A stretch of 64,000 nucleotides of DNA from Antedon mediterranea (GCF_964355755.1 NC_092672.1:13702001-13766000); one strand, 5' to 3'. Positions 25,740 through 39,269 are shown, counted from the first letter of the stretch. Numbers and translations: made by a program. Notes: generated from the letters alone by a model not told the origin.

Positions 25740-27775
25740 TTTAACATGGCCAGTTTTATGACAATCGGGTCGTTGTAACATCTTGATTGTCAAATGTGAG
25801 GTGGATGATGGTGTGGTGAAGCACATGTTATCCCGATATGGCGAAGTCACTGAATCGAGACGGCTTTTTTTATAGCCATCAGCCTACGATTTAAACGGAA
25901 ATCGCCAGTACAAGATGGAATTGACGCGTCACAGATTCGCATCGGATCAAGGGACTGTTGGTTGCGGTATGGACAGCTTAAAACGTGCCTGAGGTGTGGG
26001 GTCGTTGGTCACCTGGTCCGAGACTGCTCAGAAAAGAAGAGTTCGAAATGTTTTCTTCTGGGTCATTTGTCCTGTGTAAGAACAAAGTAGTCTGTTTGAT
26101 TTGCACTGAAGCTGGTCATGTAGCTAGGAGTTGTCCTGTTTCTTTCAGCGCTAAAGCTCGTGATGACAGTCAGCATATTATTGAAGAGTATGGATTAATT
26201 TCAAGTGTAGAGGATGATCTTGTGGTGGTTGAAGATAATGTGACGGATGCAGAGGAAGAGTTGGAGGTAGAGAGTAGGAAAGTCAGGCTCGATGTTAGCG
26301 AGTACGTCAGAGAAGGATTTAGGCCCCCTCCAAAGCTCTAATAGTGTTGGAGGTAGTAAAGTGGAGAGAAATGAAGAAGACATGTTGGAGGGAGAGCAGG
26401 AGGAGTTATCCAGCTAGGGTTCTAGTGTTCCTTTACTGCCTAAGGTTGGGAGTATTTTTAATACTGACTGTGAGGACAGTTTGGACAGTGATGATAGTGA
26501 TTCCTCAGATGTAGTGAGTGCCCAAGATTCCTCGAATTTGGTAGTGGCAAAGGATGCATCGGTGAACGCCAAGGCTCTGAAAAAGCCTAAAGAAGCCGGT
26601 TTTCGGAAGGAGACAGGGATGTCTTGCGTGAAAGGTTGTTCGTTACCGTCTTTCTCCTCATGGCGGTCATATGCAGATAATATGGCAAAGAAGCATGAGA
26701 AGAGCGCAGTGGTGAATTTTCCGGTCAAATCTTGCAGGAATTCGGCGACCAGGCCAGCGGATTTATTCGGCCATTTGGCTTCGTTCCACGCGTCCTATGT
26801 TGCTCGCACGGCAGAGCGAGAATTGTTGAGGCAAACTTTTTCGAAATGAGTTGTAGGGGACCACTGGTTTACCTTTTTTTTGTTTTTAATGGTTTTGTAT
26901 GCTTCATTGAATGTGAATGGATTTCGAGATTCGTCTAGGAGAGCGCAGGTTTTTAGCGATTCCCGACAGGGAAAATTTGATGTTGTATTCCTTCTGGAAG
27001 TTCATTGTGCTTCCGATTCGGAAGGTGATTCATGGGCGAAAGATTGGGCTGGTGGTGCATATTGGTATGGGAACTCTAAAAGAAGTGGTAGTGTTGCGAT
27101 TCTTCTTTGGTTTGGGGTTATCCCTATCAAACATCAGGGAGATCCTACTGGTTCGGTAATGTCAGGCGTGGCTTTGTTGTATTTATGCTTCTAATGATCC
27201 CGCTTGTCGAAAGATTTCTTTAAGGACCTGCCTAAGTTTGTTTCGCCCGCTGTGTCTTGTTTGCTTGGCGGCGATTTTAATTGTGTCCCAGATTTTGACT
27301 TGGATAACGTTGGTGGTAATCATGGGTTAGGAAGTGCAGGGGTTGTCGAGTTAATGGAGTTTTGCTCGGCGCTCGGTCTTCTTGTGGGTCAGTTTCGGAA
27401 GCTGTATCCTGATGTTGTGGCAACGTCGTGGTCATCCGTGGCCAAGGGTGTCGCTTGTAGGTTGGACCGGTTTTCTGCTCCTGATTCGTTTTTAAGTCCA
27501 TTTCCCATTCCGTTTGTGGTTTTTCTGACCATGACTTCGTGGTACTGGATGCGATCGTATCTGAGGAAACCCGCCGTGGTAGCGGTGTTGGAAGTGCATT
27601 GTGGCTGTGTTGTCCGATCCTTGTTTTGTGGAGGATTTCACTACGAAGTTCAGAGGATGGCAGTCGCTCAAACCGGGCTACAATTCAATACTGGACTTGT
27701 GGGATAGTGTTAAGACTCGGTCGTTAATTATTGAACATTCATCGAGAATTAGCAGGGAGAGAAATCAAGAAATAC
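25740..27775 (+). mobile_element. Degenerate Tx1-clade element B (ORF1 with RRM-like region, CCHC knuckles, C2H2-like pair; ORF2 endonuclease; 3' truncated)
   Basis: YDNRVVVT, SRYGEV, NGNRQYKM, CLICTEAGHVARSC knuckle; ORF2 ATG 26889 with LNVNG, EVH, GGDFNC, RLDRF. Confidence 0.85.
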
Positions 27776-30700
27776 ATGCGATGCGAAAATCATCATGCGA
27801 AAATAGTCAACCCAGGATTACCAACTTCATTAAACCAACATCGCAAGCCTCAAGAGAAATAGTGATTATCCATGAAACAGAAAACAAAGGCAAAGAAACT
27901 GATGTAGAGAAACTAATCGCACCACCAAGCCCTAAACAAACTCAGAAGAAGAAGAGAAAACGTATGAGAAGCAAGTCCACATAGATAGTATGTATCAGTA
28001 TCGTATTATAGAGTTACTTACACTGTTAAGCTATAGTACCGTTATGTAAAGCTTTTAAATTAAGTTATTTAATTCTCATATGAAATGGTTAAAGAAAATA
28101 ATTTACACTTACACTGCGTTTCTTTAAACGTAAAGACAAAAGAAAAACAGCCAAAAATATTTAATTGGGCACATGTTAATAACGTCGATATATTTCTTAT
28201 ACAAGAATCTCATCTCACTGAAGATCGTACTAATGATCTCAATTTCCTTTTGGATGGTGACGCCTTTCATAGCTTTGACACTTCTGCTAACAAAGGAGTG
28301 TCCATTCTTATTAGAAAAAGCTTAGATTACAAATTTATAAAACAGAATTTCGACGTCAGTGGTAGATTCATCCTGTTAACTATCGAAATTCAATGCACAA
28401 TAATTCATGTATATGCTCCAAATGATAGCAAATCACGGAGCACTTCAGAAACATATTCAAAGCTTTTGCAACACAGAATATATTTTAATTGCCGGAGACA
28501 TGAACTGCATCCAAGATAAATTTTGCGACCAAAGAGGCAGTAAGATGAAAATTGATAAATCCGTATTCACGGTTAAAAACTTTTTAAACAAACTTAAATT
28601 AATCGATATTTTTTTTTTTCTCTTTTGTGGCGCAAACACCACTTTTATTCACATTCATATTATCTCATATTACATAAAATCGTATTATTTAACTTGTAAA
28701 TGTCGTTACAGTTCATAAGTAACATTTTTACATATATGAATTCTGTATTACTCCTTTTTTCATTAATTTTCTTATATTTTGTTATACACTTGACAGGATC
28801 ATCATTATCATCTATCTCGTTTTAAAATAGTTCACACATTTTCATTTGTTTGTTTTCATTTTACAACCCGGATTATACAATATATTTATATACATGATAA
28901 AAAAAAAAAACAATAATAGCTCAGTACCACCAGTAACCCGTATCACTGTAATTCCTTTTCGGTTAATCGTATCAAATTAGAATTTATATTATCATAATCT
29001 TATTTCTTAAAGCTACCCATTTTTCTATACTTGTTTCTTTATTGTTATATGTTTCACATTCAATGTTATATAACATATTGCTTTTAAATGAATTCCATAA
29101 AGATTTACCCACTGGCTTATTTAGTGCAGATAACATTTTTATTCTATAAATAGTAAATGCTGCAAAAGTGTAAATATAATCTATTAGCTTATCTCCCGTT
29201 CCTAGTATTAATTGTTTAAATGATATATTATTGTGATTTAAACTTACAAAGATACTAAGCATTTTCCTCCAATATTTCTGAATAAATCTACAACTAAAAA
29301 ACAAATGATTTTCATTTTCAATTTCTCCACATTTGTCACACGTTTGTGTTTCCTTAACTTTCCACTGATACAGCCGTTTGTTGGTAGGCAGTATTCTATG
29401 TAACATCTTATAATTGAATTGTGCTAGTTTCTTATCTTTCATTTTACATACTTTCCGTAACCAAGAAGTTTTCCAATCAATGTTGTTATCATTGAAGTAC
29501 TCTTCCCATTTTAGTTGTGACATTGGAATAATGAAATATTCTTTCACAAACCATGAGTATATTAGTTTGGTAGTATTAATCTCATACTTAGTCCCAACTA
29601 CTTCATCATTATCATCACAATTGAAAATATCTACCTCCTTAATAATACGTTTCCATTGAATTGGTATTGCCTTAATAATGCACAAATACTCATTTAACCA
29701 GTTTGTTTTACATTGTAGTTTCACCAGTATTTCGTTCGATGTTAAAAAAGTGTTCTTATTAACAATGTCTTTAATACTGATAATGCCACTGTCAATCCAA
29801 TGCTTGTAGAAAAGCGTTTTTTTTTTAGTTTAACGTAGTGGTTTCCCCACAGTTGCTCATTCATTATATCGTTATAAGTTTCAGGTTTTTTTTTTGAGAT
29901 TCTGTTATAATTTATGTAGGCTTTTATCATATTTTTGTAAAACAGTGGAATTTTATCAGAATTAACATCAATAATGTTATAACATGACATATTAAGTAAA
30001 ACATTAACATCACATATTTTTTTAATATAATACATTGGAATATTTTTCCATTTAGCACCATCATCATTCATAATTCTTTTTAACCAGCCACACATGAGTG
30101 CGTTAACATGAAGAGTAAAATCAGGCATTTTAATGCCTCCCATCTCAACATCACCAATTAGAGTTTTTCTTTTTATCTTTTCCCTTTTATTGTTCCAAAT
30201 AAAATTATATATTAGATTTGTAACTTGTGTATATACATATTTTGGAACATCAGTGATATTTGCAGCATATGTTAATTTAGATAGTGCAAGACTTTTCAGG
30301 ATTATTATTCTACCAAAAATTGAGAGATTTCTAGCATTCCATTGTTTTAAAGTCTTTTCTAGCTCTATTAATTTAACATCCCAGTTTTTTCTGGTACATT
30401 CTTCTGTATTATACCCTACATATATGCCTAAAATTTTGATCGGGTGTTTTACCCAATTTAATTCTAAAGGTCTATCTATTATGTTCTTCCATTTACCAAT
30501 CCAAAAAGCATTGGTTTTTTTTTTATTTAGTGTCATTCCAGATACTTCACAAAAACGTTCAATTACACTGACTGCTGACTTAATACTTTTGTCATTACCA
30601 ACATACAAAACAGTATCATCGGCTAATTGGCTTATTCTAGCTTCTATGTTATTTTCATTATTTGGAAGTTTAATACCCTTATAGTCATCTTTGTTTCTTA

Positions 30701-33090
30701 TTCTAGATGCCATTACTTCAACCACTAAAATGAATAACAGAGCAGATAGAGGACAACCTTGTCTAATACCTCTTTCCATTTTAAAATTGTTTGAAACCCA
30801 ACCATTGTTAACTGTGACACATTCAACGTTATTGTATAATACTTTTACCCAGTTACAAAAGAACATTCCAAAGTTAAACTTTTCTAGAACATTGAACATA
30901 AAATCTCTACTAATAGAGTCAAAAGCCTTCTTAAAATCTACGGTAATTATTGCCCCTTCGATATCATTACACTCTGTATAATAAAGCAGGTCTTCTATTA
31001 ACCGAATGTTTTCACCAGCGAAACGGCCTTTTATATAACCTTTTTGGTCTGAACTTACTATTGATTTAATAACCATTTTAAGTCTGTTACTTAATACATG
31101 TGCAAGAATTTTGTAATCGGTGTTTAAGAGGGTAATGGGACGCCAATTATTCAATATAATCGATATTTGGAGATTTCTTAATAAAAATAAAATCCAATTT
31201 AAATGGCGTAGAAACTCAGTAAATCTCTATAAAAGATTAGACTATTGGTTTGTATCAAAAAAAGAAATATACCTTCCTGTGATATCAGACCTGCTATATT
31301 CGCAGATCACCAAGGAGTATCAATTAAACTCAACTTAACTGAGGAAAAACGTGGTCGAGGTCTATGGAAATTTAATTCAGACCTCTTACCTGATAACATT
31401 TTTATTAACAGTGTAAACAAAGTAATAGAAAACATCAATAAATCGTCAGATTCTCTTAATCCTGTAGACAAATGGGAACTAATTAAAGTTAAAATTAAAG
31501 AGTACTCAATCAAATACGGAAAAACAAAAACATATTATAAAAATTGAAAAAAAAAATTTACAAAAAGAAATCAATCAACTAAATGTTCAGTTAATAGATA
31601 CAAACGGAGAAGAAACAATAGAACTAGAAATTAAAAAGAAAACTAAAGGGTTGGAGGATATTTATGAATTTGAAGCAAAAGGCGCCCAAATTCGTTCAAG
31701 AACAAAATGGATAGAAAAGGGCAAAACAAACAGTAAATACTTTCTATATCTGGAAAAAAAATGGTTAAAAAAAAACAAATTAGAAAAATAAAAAGACCCA
31801 ATGGATCTTATGCCGAAAAAAACAAATGACATACTTTCGGAGGAGGTGAAACACTTCGAAAGTCTATACCAAAATCAAAATATCTAAAAGAAACAGATTT
31901 AACAAAATTCACAGATGATGAAAAACAATCCTGTGAGGGTGAACTGACACTAAAGATAAAGATGCAATTTTGTTAATGAAGCGTAATAAATCACCCGGTA
32001 CTGACGGCCTTATCGTTGAATTTTATCAATTTTTCTGGCCTAAAATAGGCTCCTTAATCTGTAATGCTCTTAATACATGCGATAAAGATGGGAAACTATC
32101 AATATCACAAAGAAGAGTGGTAAGAACGGAGACCATGATGATCTCAATAACTGGAGACCTAACTCTCTTGAATGTATACTACAAAATTGCTGCATTGGTT
32201 TTAACAAAACGAATACAAAAGGTTATATCAACAATTGTTAGTAATGACCAAAAAGGTTACATTAAAGGTCGCTTTGGTGGCGACAATGTAAGATTAATTA
32301 ATGATGTAATTCAGTATATGGATAACGGCAGGTTAACAGGAGCTCTTGTTAGCGTAGATTTTAGTAAAGCCTTTGACACTGTAATAAGACAGTTTCTTTT
32401 AAGTACCTTGCGTTCCTTCAATTTTGGTTCTTCTTTCATTTCATGGGTGAACGTACTGTATTCAGATACAGAATGTGTAATAATGAATAACGGTTGGTGT
32501 TCAAAAAGCTTCAAAATGCATAGAGGGATCACACAAGGCTGTCCCCTTTCTGCCTTACTATTCATTTTAGTAGCAAAAATAATGGCTATAAGAATTAAAA
32601 GTGATCAAAATATCGAAGGGATTGCCCTTCCAGGAAAGTCAAAATTGCACAATTAGCAGATGACAGTTTTATTTCTAAAAAATGAAAACAGTATAAAAAA
32701 TAGCATTGATAAAATCGTTGAATTTGGTCTAGTATCAGGTTTAAAGCTAAACAAAGAAAAAACCAATGCCATGTGGTTAGGGCGTTGGAAAAAAAGAAAG
32801 AAGAACGAAAATGTTTCATCAATTGGGTGTACAGTAGCTTTAAGATTCTAAGTACGTATACATGTTGGCCATGACAAAGAAATATGTTTTACTAAAAACT
32901 GGTCTGAAAAATTCAATCTTTAAAAAAAAATGCTTGATACATGGCACAAAAGAAACCTCTCGATATTTGGCAAAGTTATGATTTTAAAAGCACTTGGGTT
33001 AGCAAGGGTAATCTAAGACACAAGTATTATACATACCCCTGAATGCGTTTTAAATGAAGTCGATAAAATATGAGACATAAACTAAGAGTA
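27776..33090 (+). mobile_element. Degenerate L1/Tx1-like element D (ORF1 end, ORF2 EN-RT), split by nested element E
   Basis: ORF2 from 28085 (SLNV, QESH, VYAPN, AGDMNC) resumes after 31157 (IDIWR, RLDYW, ADH) and continues into RT (KSPGTDGL, DFSKAFD, GITQGCPLS, QLADD). Confidence 0.85.
28612..31156 (-). mobile_element. 5'-truncated L1/Tx1-like element E nested in D, with poly(A) and 12-bp TSD
   Basis: ORFs 29742-31154 (RT) and 28984-29724 (zf-RVT CDKC..HLFFSC) with a frameshift near the T-run at ~29820; AATAAA-hairpin-polyA at 28612-28649; TSD TAATCGATATTT at 28600-28611 and 31157-31168. Confidence 0.93.
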
Positions 33091-33094
33091 AGAA

Positions 33095-34875
33095 AAGAAT
33101 ATTTTAAATACCAATGCGAAGGAAATACACAAGTAATAAACCACAGTGGATGAATAAAGCCGCTCTGGAAGCTGTAAAGAGGAAACACAGAAGAAGTTAA
33201 GGATAATAACAAAAGTTTTTGGAAATATGTCAAAGCAAAAACAAGAACAAAATTGGACATTCCAGACACCAGAAGGAAAATTGGCAACATCTGACCAGGA
33301 TAAAGCTGAAACTCTCAACACATTTTTTGGAAGTGTTAACACCTGCATAGAATATTTATAAAAAAAAAAAAACAGAATCTAAAAAAACTAATATCGACTT
33401 TACAGTACACGATATCGATAGCCTTCTCATCAATTTAAACATTAATAAATCACCGGGACCGGATGGACTGCACTCTCGTATTTTGAAGGAAACCCATTGA
33501 AAATATTGCACAAACATTGCAGATGATCTTTACCAAGCTGATGAATGAGGGTGATGTTCCGACAAGCTGGAAAAAAGCTACAGTGGCACCAATCTTCAAA
33601 AAAAAGAAGGAAGGATGACCCAAACAACTATAGGCCTGTAAGCTTGACGTCGGTGGTATGCAAGATTATGGAAAGAATTATACGAAAGGCACTTACAAAT
33701 CATCTAAATCAAAATAACTTTTTATAAGCAATGAGCATGGTTTTCGTAGTATCAGGTCCTGTACAACGCAATTGCTGGAAGTCTTGGAGAAATGGACAGA
33801 GGATATTTATGAAGGTCACTCTATTGATTGTTTGTATTTAGATTATCGCAAGGCTTTTGACAGTGTACCGCATCGACGTTTACTTAGCAAGCTCATCATA
33901 TGGCATTGAAGGTAACCTATACCGATGGATAGAGAAATATTTGACTGGGCGATCACAGAAAGTTACAGTAAATGGTAAACTATCACAAAGTGCAAATATC
34001 ACAAGCGGAATCCCCCAAGGAAGCGTGTTGGGACCAACAATGTTTATCATATTTATTAACGATTTTCCAGATGTTGTTCTTGCCGACCTCAAACAGTTTG
34101 CTGACGACACAAAATTATTTAAAATTGTAGACAACCCAGAAGATGCTGATGCTTTACAAAGTCTAAGCAGTCATGGATTGGTCAAGGAAATGGCAGTTGC
34201 TCTTCAACAAAAATAAATGCGAAGTTAAGCACTATGGGAGGAATAATCAACATCATGAATATACAATGGATGAGGGAACAACCCAGAAACCAATCAAAGT
34301 GGAGGATTTGATAAGAAATTAACTTTCAGTCTCCATGCAAGTGATGTAGCAAGAAGAGCAAACATCAAGCTGGGAATGATCAAAAGATCATTTAAATCAC
34401 TACAAAAGAAAGGTTTCATCCAACTTTACAAAACCATTATAAGACTAACATTGGAATACTACAATACAGCTTGGTATCCATTGTATAAGATGAAATCTAT
34501 TAGAAAAAGCGCAACAACGAGCCACACGACTTATTCCCGAGATCAGGCATTTATCCTACCCACACAGATTGAAAGAACTGAATCTTCCTACTTTAGCCTA
34601 CAGAATAGAAAGGTCAGATGTCATACAGATTTTCAAAATTATAAAAGGATTTGATAACCTTGATGCCAACATTTTTTTTTTATATGGACGAGAACTCAAG
34701 GACAAGAGGACATATTTTTAAAATTAAAAAACAACGTTGTTGCAGAACTAGGACCAGACAAACCATATTCAGAGTCATAAATTATTGTAATTCTGTACCT
34801 GGGCATGCTGTCTGACCCTTACATCAGATGCACTAGAGAAGTGATGAGGGGAAAACAAGCAACACTTCTAACCCC
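33095..34875 (+). mobile_element. Degenerate CR1-clade LINE (RT region)
   Basis: PGPDGLHSRILKE, NYRPVSLTSVVCKIMERII, DYRKAFDSVPH, SGIPQGSVLGP, FADDTK, RTRGH motifs across frames. Confidence 0.85.
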
Positions 34876-34879
34876 AAGT

Positions 34880-35550
34880 GAGAGTCTTACTGAAATGGTT
34901 CTTCTCCAAGGAGAGGAGGGGTGGCAATCCAGTTGAAACAGGGGATGTCATTAAGCAGGTCAAAACAGTCCTGGTGGATTTCATTGAAACTTCATTGCAA
35001 ATTTGCTGTGTTTACAACCCTGGCCGAAGGAAGACTTTTTTTACCAGCTGTATCGACAATCCCCTGATAGACAAGGTTGGTGGGAACTCGGCCAGTGGTA
35101 CTTCGGGTGCTATTGAACTGGCGTACTTTTTATCATACCGGATAACGGATGCATACACGACCCTGTTTCCTCATGATGTTGCTACGTCTTGGAGTTCCTT
35201 GGCAAAAGGGTCGCATGCCGACTTGACAGGTTCTATGTTCCGGAGGCATGTGCAGTACACAGTTTTACGTACCAAGTTTGTCACTACTCAGACCACGAGT
35301 AGGCCAATAATAGAGAAAGATGTAGATGTTGAGGAGGTAAATAAATTGTCTTTGGCCTGGCAATTGGCTTTGGAAATATTGGCAAGATTTCCAGGCCTGC
35401 ATGTGGATTTTAGTGAGTCTCACATTTGTTTGTTTTCGTTTACTACACCGGATGCTTACAAAAATAAGTTAGCTGTCTTTATTATCTCTGAGATTAAGTT
35501 GATAATTTGGAACGCAAGATATAGAGAATTATACTGTCTGCAGATTAGAT
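34880..35550 (+). mobile_element. Internally deleted Tx1 (A/B-related) ORF2 relic
   Basis: DKVGGN..G.SG..EL, ATSWSS.AKG and LAVFIISEIKLIIWNAR match the endonuclease and C-terminal parts of elements A/B. Confidence 0.7.
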
Positions 35551-35851
35551 AAAAACATACACTTAAAAAAGAACTATAAAAGTTTAATATAAAATGAAAT
35601 AATATATTTGTTGTATTGATGTTTAAAAATATTAACAGTAAGATCAGTGTAAAACATAGGCCTATCTTTCTTCCCAAAATACAGTAGTATAAATTATTTA
35701 TAAATCTTTTTAAATATTGTCGGACAAGCAGATATCTTTAACCAAATTTCTTCATAAGATTCACATTCCCAAAACAAGAATGAACTCGTTGTTCAAAAAT
35801 TAATATTGAATAACCCACAAATAGAGTAATTTATTTTGTCCAAAAGGTTCT

Positions 35852-36490
35852 GGTTCTAGACGGTGGTTTGGTCTAATTTTCATAAAAAGAAAATATTTTG
35901 GCATATACGGCGTGCCATAATAACTATACTTGAGCTGGAAGCTAGACTTTTTTTTAACTTATAGTTACGCAAATTATTCGTTAGAATTCCTATTCTGTAA
36001 ATATAACTGCGCATGCACATTCATCGCACGCTAGGATCGTAAAATTTGCATAATTCTAATTCAACATGACTGAAACTGTACTGGGAATGTAATGTAGGCC
36101 TACAAATTATTTTGAAAACTGCCACTCATTATTATGGGTTGGGGTAATGGATTAACACACATCTTAAACACATACTAAGAAGGGGGTTAGTTGGAAGGGG
36201 GATGGGTGGAGATACTAGATTTTGGAGGTAATAGAAGTGCAACTTCTGGAATTGTACTGGGAAAAGTAACTAGGCCTACTAAAGATTCTGGTTCTAGACA
36301 GTGGTTTGGCCTAAGTTTTATAAAAAGAAAATATGTTGGCATACACGGCGTGCCGTAATAACTATACTTGAGCTGGAAGCTAGACTGTGTGTTTGTGCTA
36401 GAATTTAGTTCATCATAATAGGGCACTCGTTAGAATTCCTATTCTGTAAATATAACTGCGCATGCACATTAATCGCAAGCTATGATCGTG
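35852..36490 (+). repeat. Local ~440-bp-spaced duplication of a ~190-bp module (also at 38635-38765)
   Basis: ggttctagac..tttggtctaa..ggcatacacggcgtgcc..ataactatacttgagctggaagcta at ~35852, ~36290 and ~38635. Confidence 0.75.
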
Positions 36491-38205
36491 CAATTTCCAT
36501 AATTCATATTTATAGACTATAGAGGGAGCTATGTCATATGAAGATTTTCTTCCTAATTTTTACTCTTTGGCTGAATGGCTATTCAAACATTCATTTACGT
36601 CATTAGTTTCTTTTTTTTCGGTTGATAGATTGTTTGCATGTATTGTATAAAAAAAAATACGTGAGCTAGAATCCGCCGGTGACATTAGCCAAAAAGAAAC
36701 TGACACGTGATTCATGTTATGTAGTGCCCTCTACCAATTGTTATAGACCCCTTTTTTACTTGATCACTTTTTCCATTTCGCGAAATCAAATTATTGGACT
36801 TATCTACAAAAAGGATTCAAAAGGGACGCGAGACTCATGTGCGTTCCCTCTAATCCTATACATGCACATCAAGAAATATAGCCTACTTTTCGGATTGGTG
36901 CTGATGGGCAATGATAAGTTATATTTTAATTAAATTATAATGTCAGTGAAAGTCAAATTTTTCATGTTTATATATTAATTAATACCTTCAATACAATTAA
37001 GTAGATTCCAACATTAATGAATTAACCAAATTCTTTTATAATGTAATAACTAATTATCTGGAGGTATCAGCCAATCAAATACAAGCCACGCCTGTTAATT
37101 AATGTAATACCGTTATAATTATCTGCCTTAAATCGTGTGAACTATTTTACACGGCAAACCTCTTGCCGCACTAAGAGTATCGGTGTTACTTTAATCGGAA
37201 TTGTAGCTGTTACTATTAACATTGAAGGAAAAGGGACAGGTAAGACATTTTTAAGCTTAAGTACACAGTACTTCGTCTTGTGATCTTTTAGATTTTTATT
37301 TTATGAACCGTAATTATTGTTCTCAAATCTCGCTGTCATGCAGAAAACAAGACTACACGTTTCGCTTTTTAGTAAATTTGAGTAATGATATATTCGCGAC
37401 ATATTCTCAAATAATATTTTTATGTAACGTACTATACATGGAATACGCTTTAAATGCTCCTATTGAGGACAAAATAAAGCGATTTAATTTGAAATCCCAG
37501 GACCGTACCAACCTGAGCCAGTTGTAGATTATAGCAAATAAAACAGTTATATCGCGGCGGATACTGCACGCTTATCCTGTATTGATAATAAGAATCCTAG
37601 GCAATTTGGCCCAGACCGAGCCGATTGGACCGATTTCTGGAAGGAATTAAACAAAATCAAACATAAAATTATTATTCAAAAGACATGATAATTTGACTTA
37701 TGTAATTATAAGGTGATGATACCAAATACAAGATTTATTCTGTTTTACAGAAAACACTATATTAAAGCACAAGTTCAACAACAATTAAGTATAAACTGTT
37801 ATTACTGCAGTAATTGTACTGTCTAAACTGTTATTACTGCAGTAATTGTACTGTCTATAGTCATGTCGTTAGGATGTTCGTTAGAAATACAGTAATAATA
37901 AAACGGGTACCATCAAAACCATTGAAAAATGTCCTTAGGCCTCCAAAATCTTGTCATGGCATTGTTAATACAAATCCTAATATACAATATTAAACACGGT
38001 TATGTAATAATTACAATTGATGATTTAGCAAAGAAACTTAATTGCAAAATTAATTTCTTTCATGAAAAAAGAGTTCCTTTCTATTTTTGGTTAAATTAAC
38101 CCAAATTTTTTGCTCACTTGTGTAGGCCTTGTTTAACATGTACGTAGTTTGTTTTAATATACCATTTATTTATTTAACGTTTATTTTATTTATTAAGGTG
38201 AAAAA

Positions 38206-38456
38206 ATGAACAAATCAACTTTTTACACCGATTCGAATATTGTGAATGAGTCGACGACTGATGTCATAGGAAAAGTTGAGGAGACCGATTGGGATGACGT
38301 AATCAAATCGTACTCCTATACAACTACAGATGAAATTGTTATCACAATATTTATGCCAATTGTTGTAATTATCGGTATTATTGGGAATCTAATGACAATC
38401 ACTGTAATAGTGAAACATCCTCGCATGCGCACATCAGTCAACGTGTATTTAGCCAA
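38206..38456 (+). pseudogene. GPCR copy 1, truncated by a ~1.19-kb deletion in TM2
   Basis: Matches the N-terminus of the intact copy up to VNVYLA, then jumps to 3' flank sequence (aactgcattgtactc). Confidence 0.92.
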
Positions 38457-38779
38457 AACTGCATTGTACTCTGCCTGCTTCTTAACAAAATTCACACTTG
38501 AAAGAAAAGAGAGATTGAACATGAGCATGCTATGAGCAGTGCAGAATATATTTGGGATTTTTCACTAACTTATTTTTTGTTTTTGGTGACTGAATAAATA
38601 TTATTATTACTATTTTCACCGCGCGGCTAGTTTAGGTTCTAGACGACGATTTGGTCTAATTTTCATAAAATAAAATATTTTGGCATACACGGCGTGCCAT
38701 AACAACTATACTTCGGCTGGAAGCTATTTTTTTCTATAGTTACGCAGTATATGATTCGTTAGAATTTGTAAAGTTTGAC

Positions 38780-39085
38780 TTTATATCTTGTTTAATGGTT
38801 TAGCGCCCTCTCTAGTTCTAGATAATAAGAGTTGGTCAGAGGTCATGTTGACCATGTGAATCTTTGAATTGGTGATTGATACGCACATCTTATGAGAATT
38901 CCCGTGAAATACAACCTTAATGTAATGACAAAGATCAAGGTTGATCTGTAGGGCCTGACTCAGAGTCAATTGGAGGGAGCTCGAGTTAGGACGAGGGTGC
39001 GGTTTTTTGAGGAGGGAAAGAGATTGTCCGGGGCAGACAGACCGACCGACATAGTGAACTATAGAGTCGCTTCCACGCGACTAAA
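38780..39085 (+). mobile_element. Helentron/HINE-like element relic (copies at ~54040-54345 and ~58190-58447, the latter with a 46-bp deletion)
   Basis: Ends with (GACA/GACC)n-catagtgaactatagAGTCGCttccACGCGACT-aaaa; 5' boundary uncertain. Confidence 0.55.
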
Positions 39086-39269
39086 AATATAAAAAAAATT
39101 ATGAAAACATGAGGTAATATGAAATACAAAGTGAATTCACAAGCTTTAAAATGTTACTGATGAAGAAGATCAAATTATTAAAAATGTGATAATAGTGAAA
39201 ATAATATGATTTTATGGTGATGACATGAAATGTAAATAAAAGTGGTGTTTACACCACAAAGGAGGAAAA

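Noticed and set aside
19380-27775. Utopia (RLE-type) assignment for the U2-associated elements
   Set aside because: They have two ORFs and an N-terminal APE endonuclease of Tx1 type, not a single ORF with a C-terminal restriction-like endonuclease.
34878-35552. 224-aa ORF as a host gene
   Set aside because: Mosaic of Tx1 endonuclease and C-terminal fragments joined by deletions.
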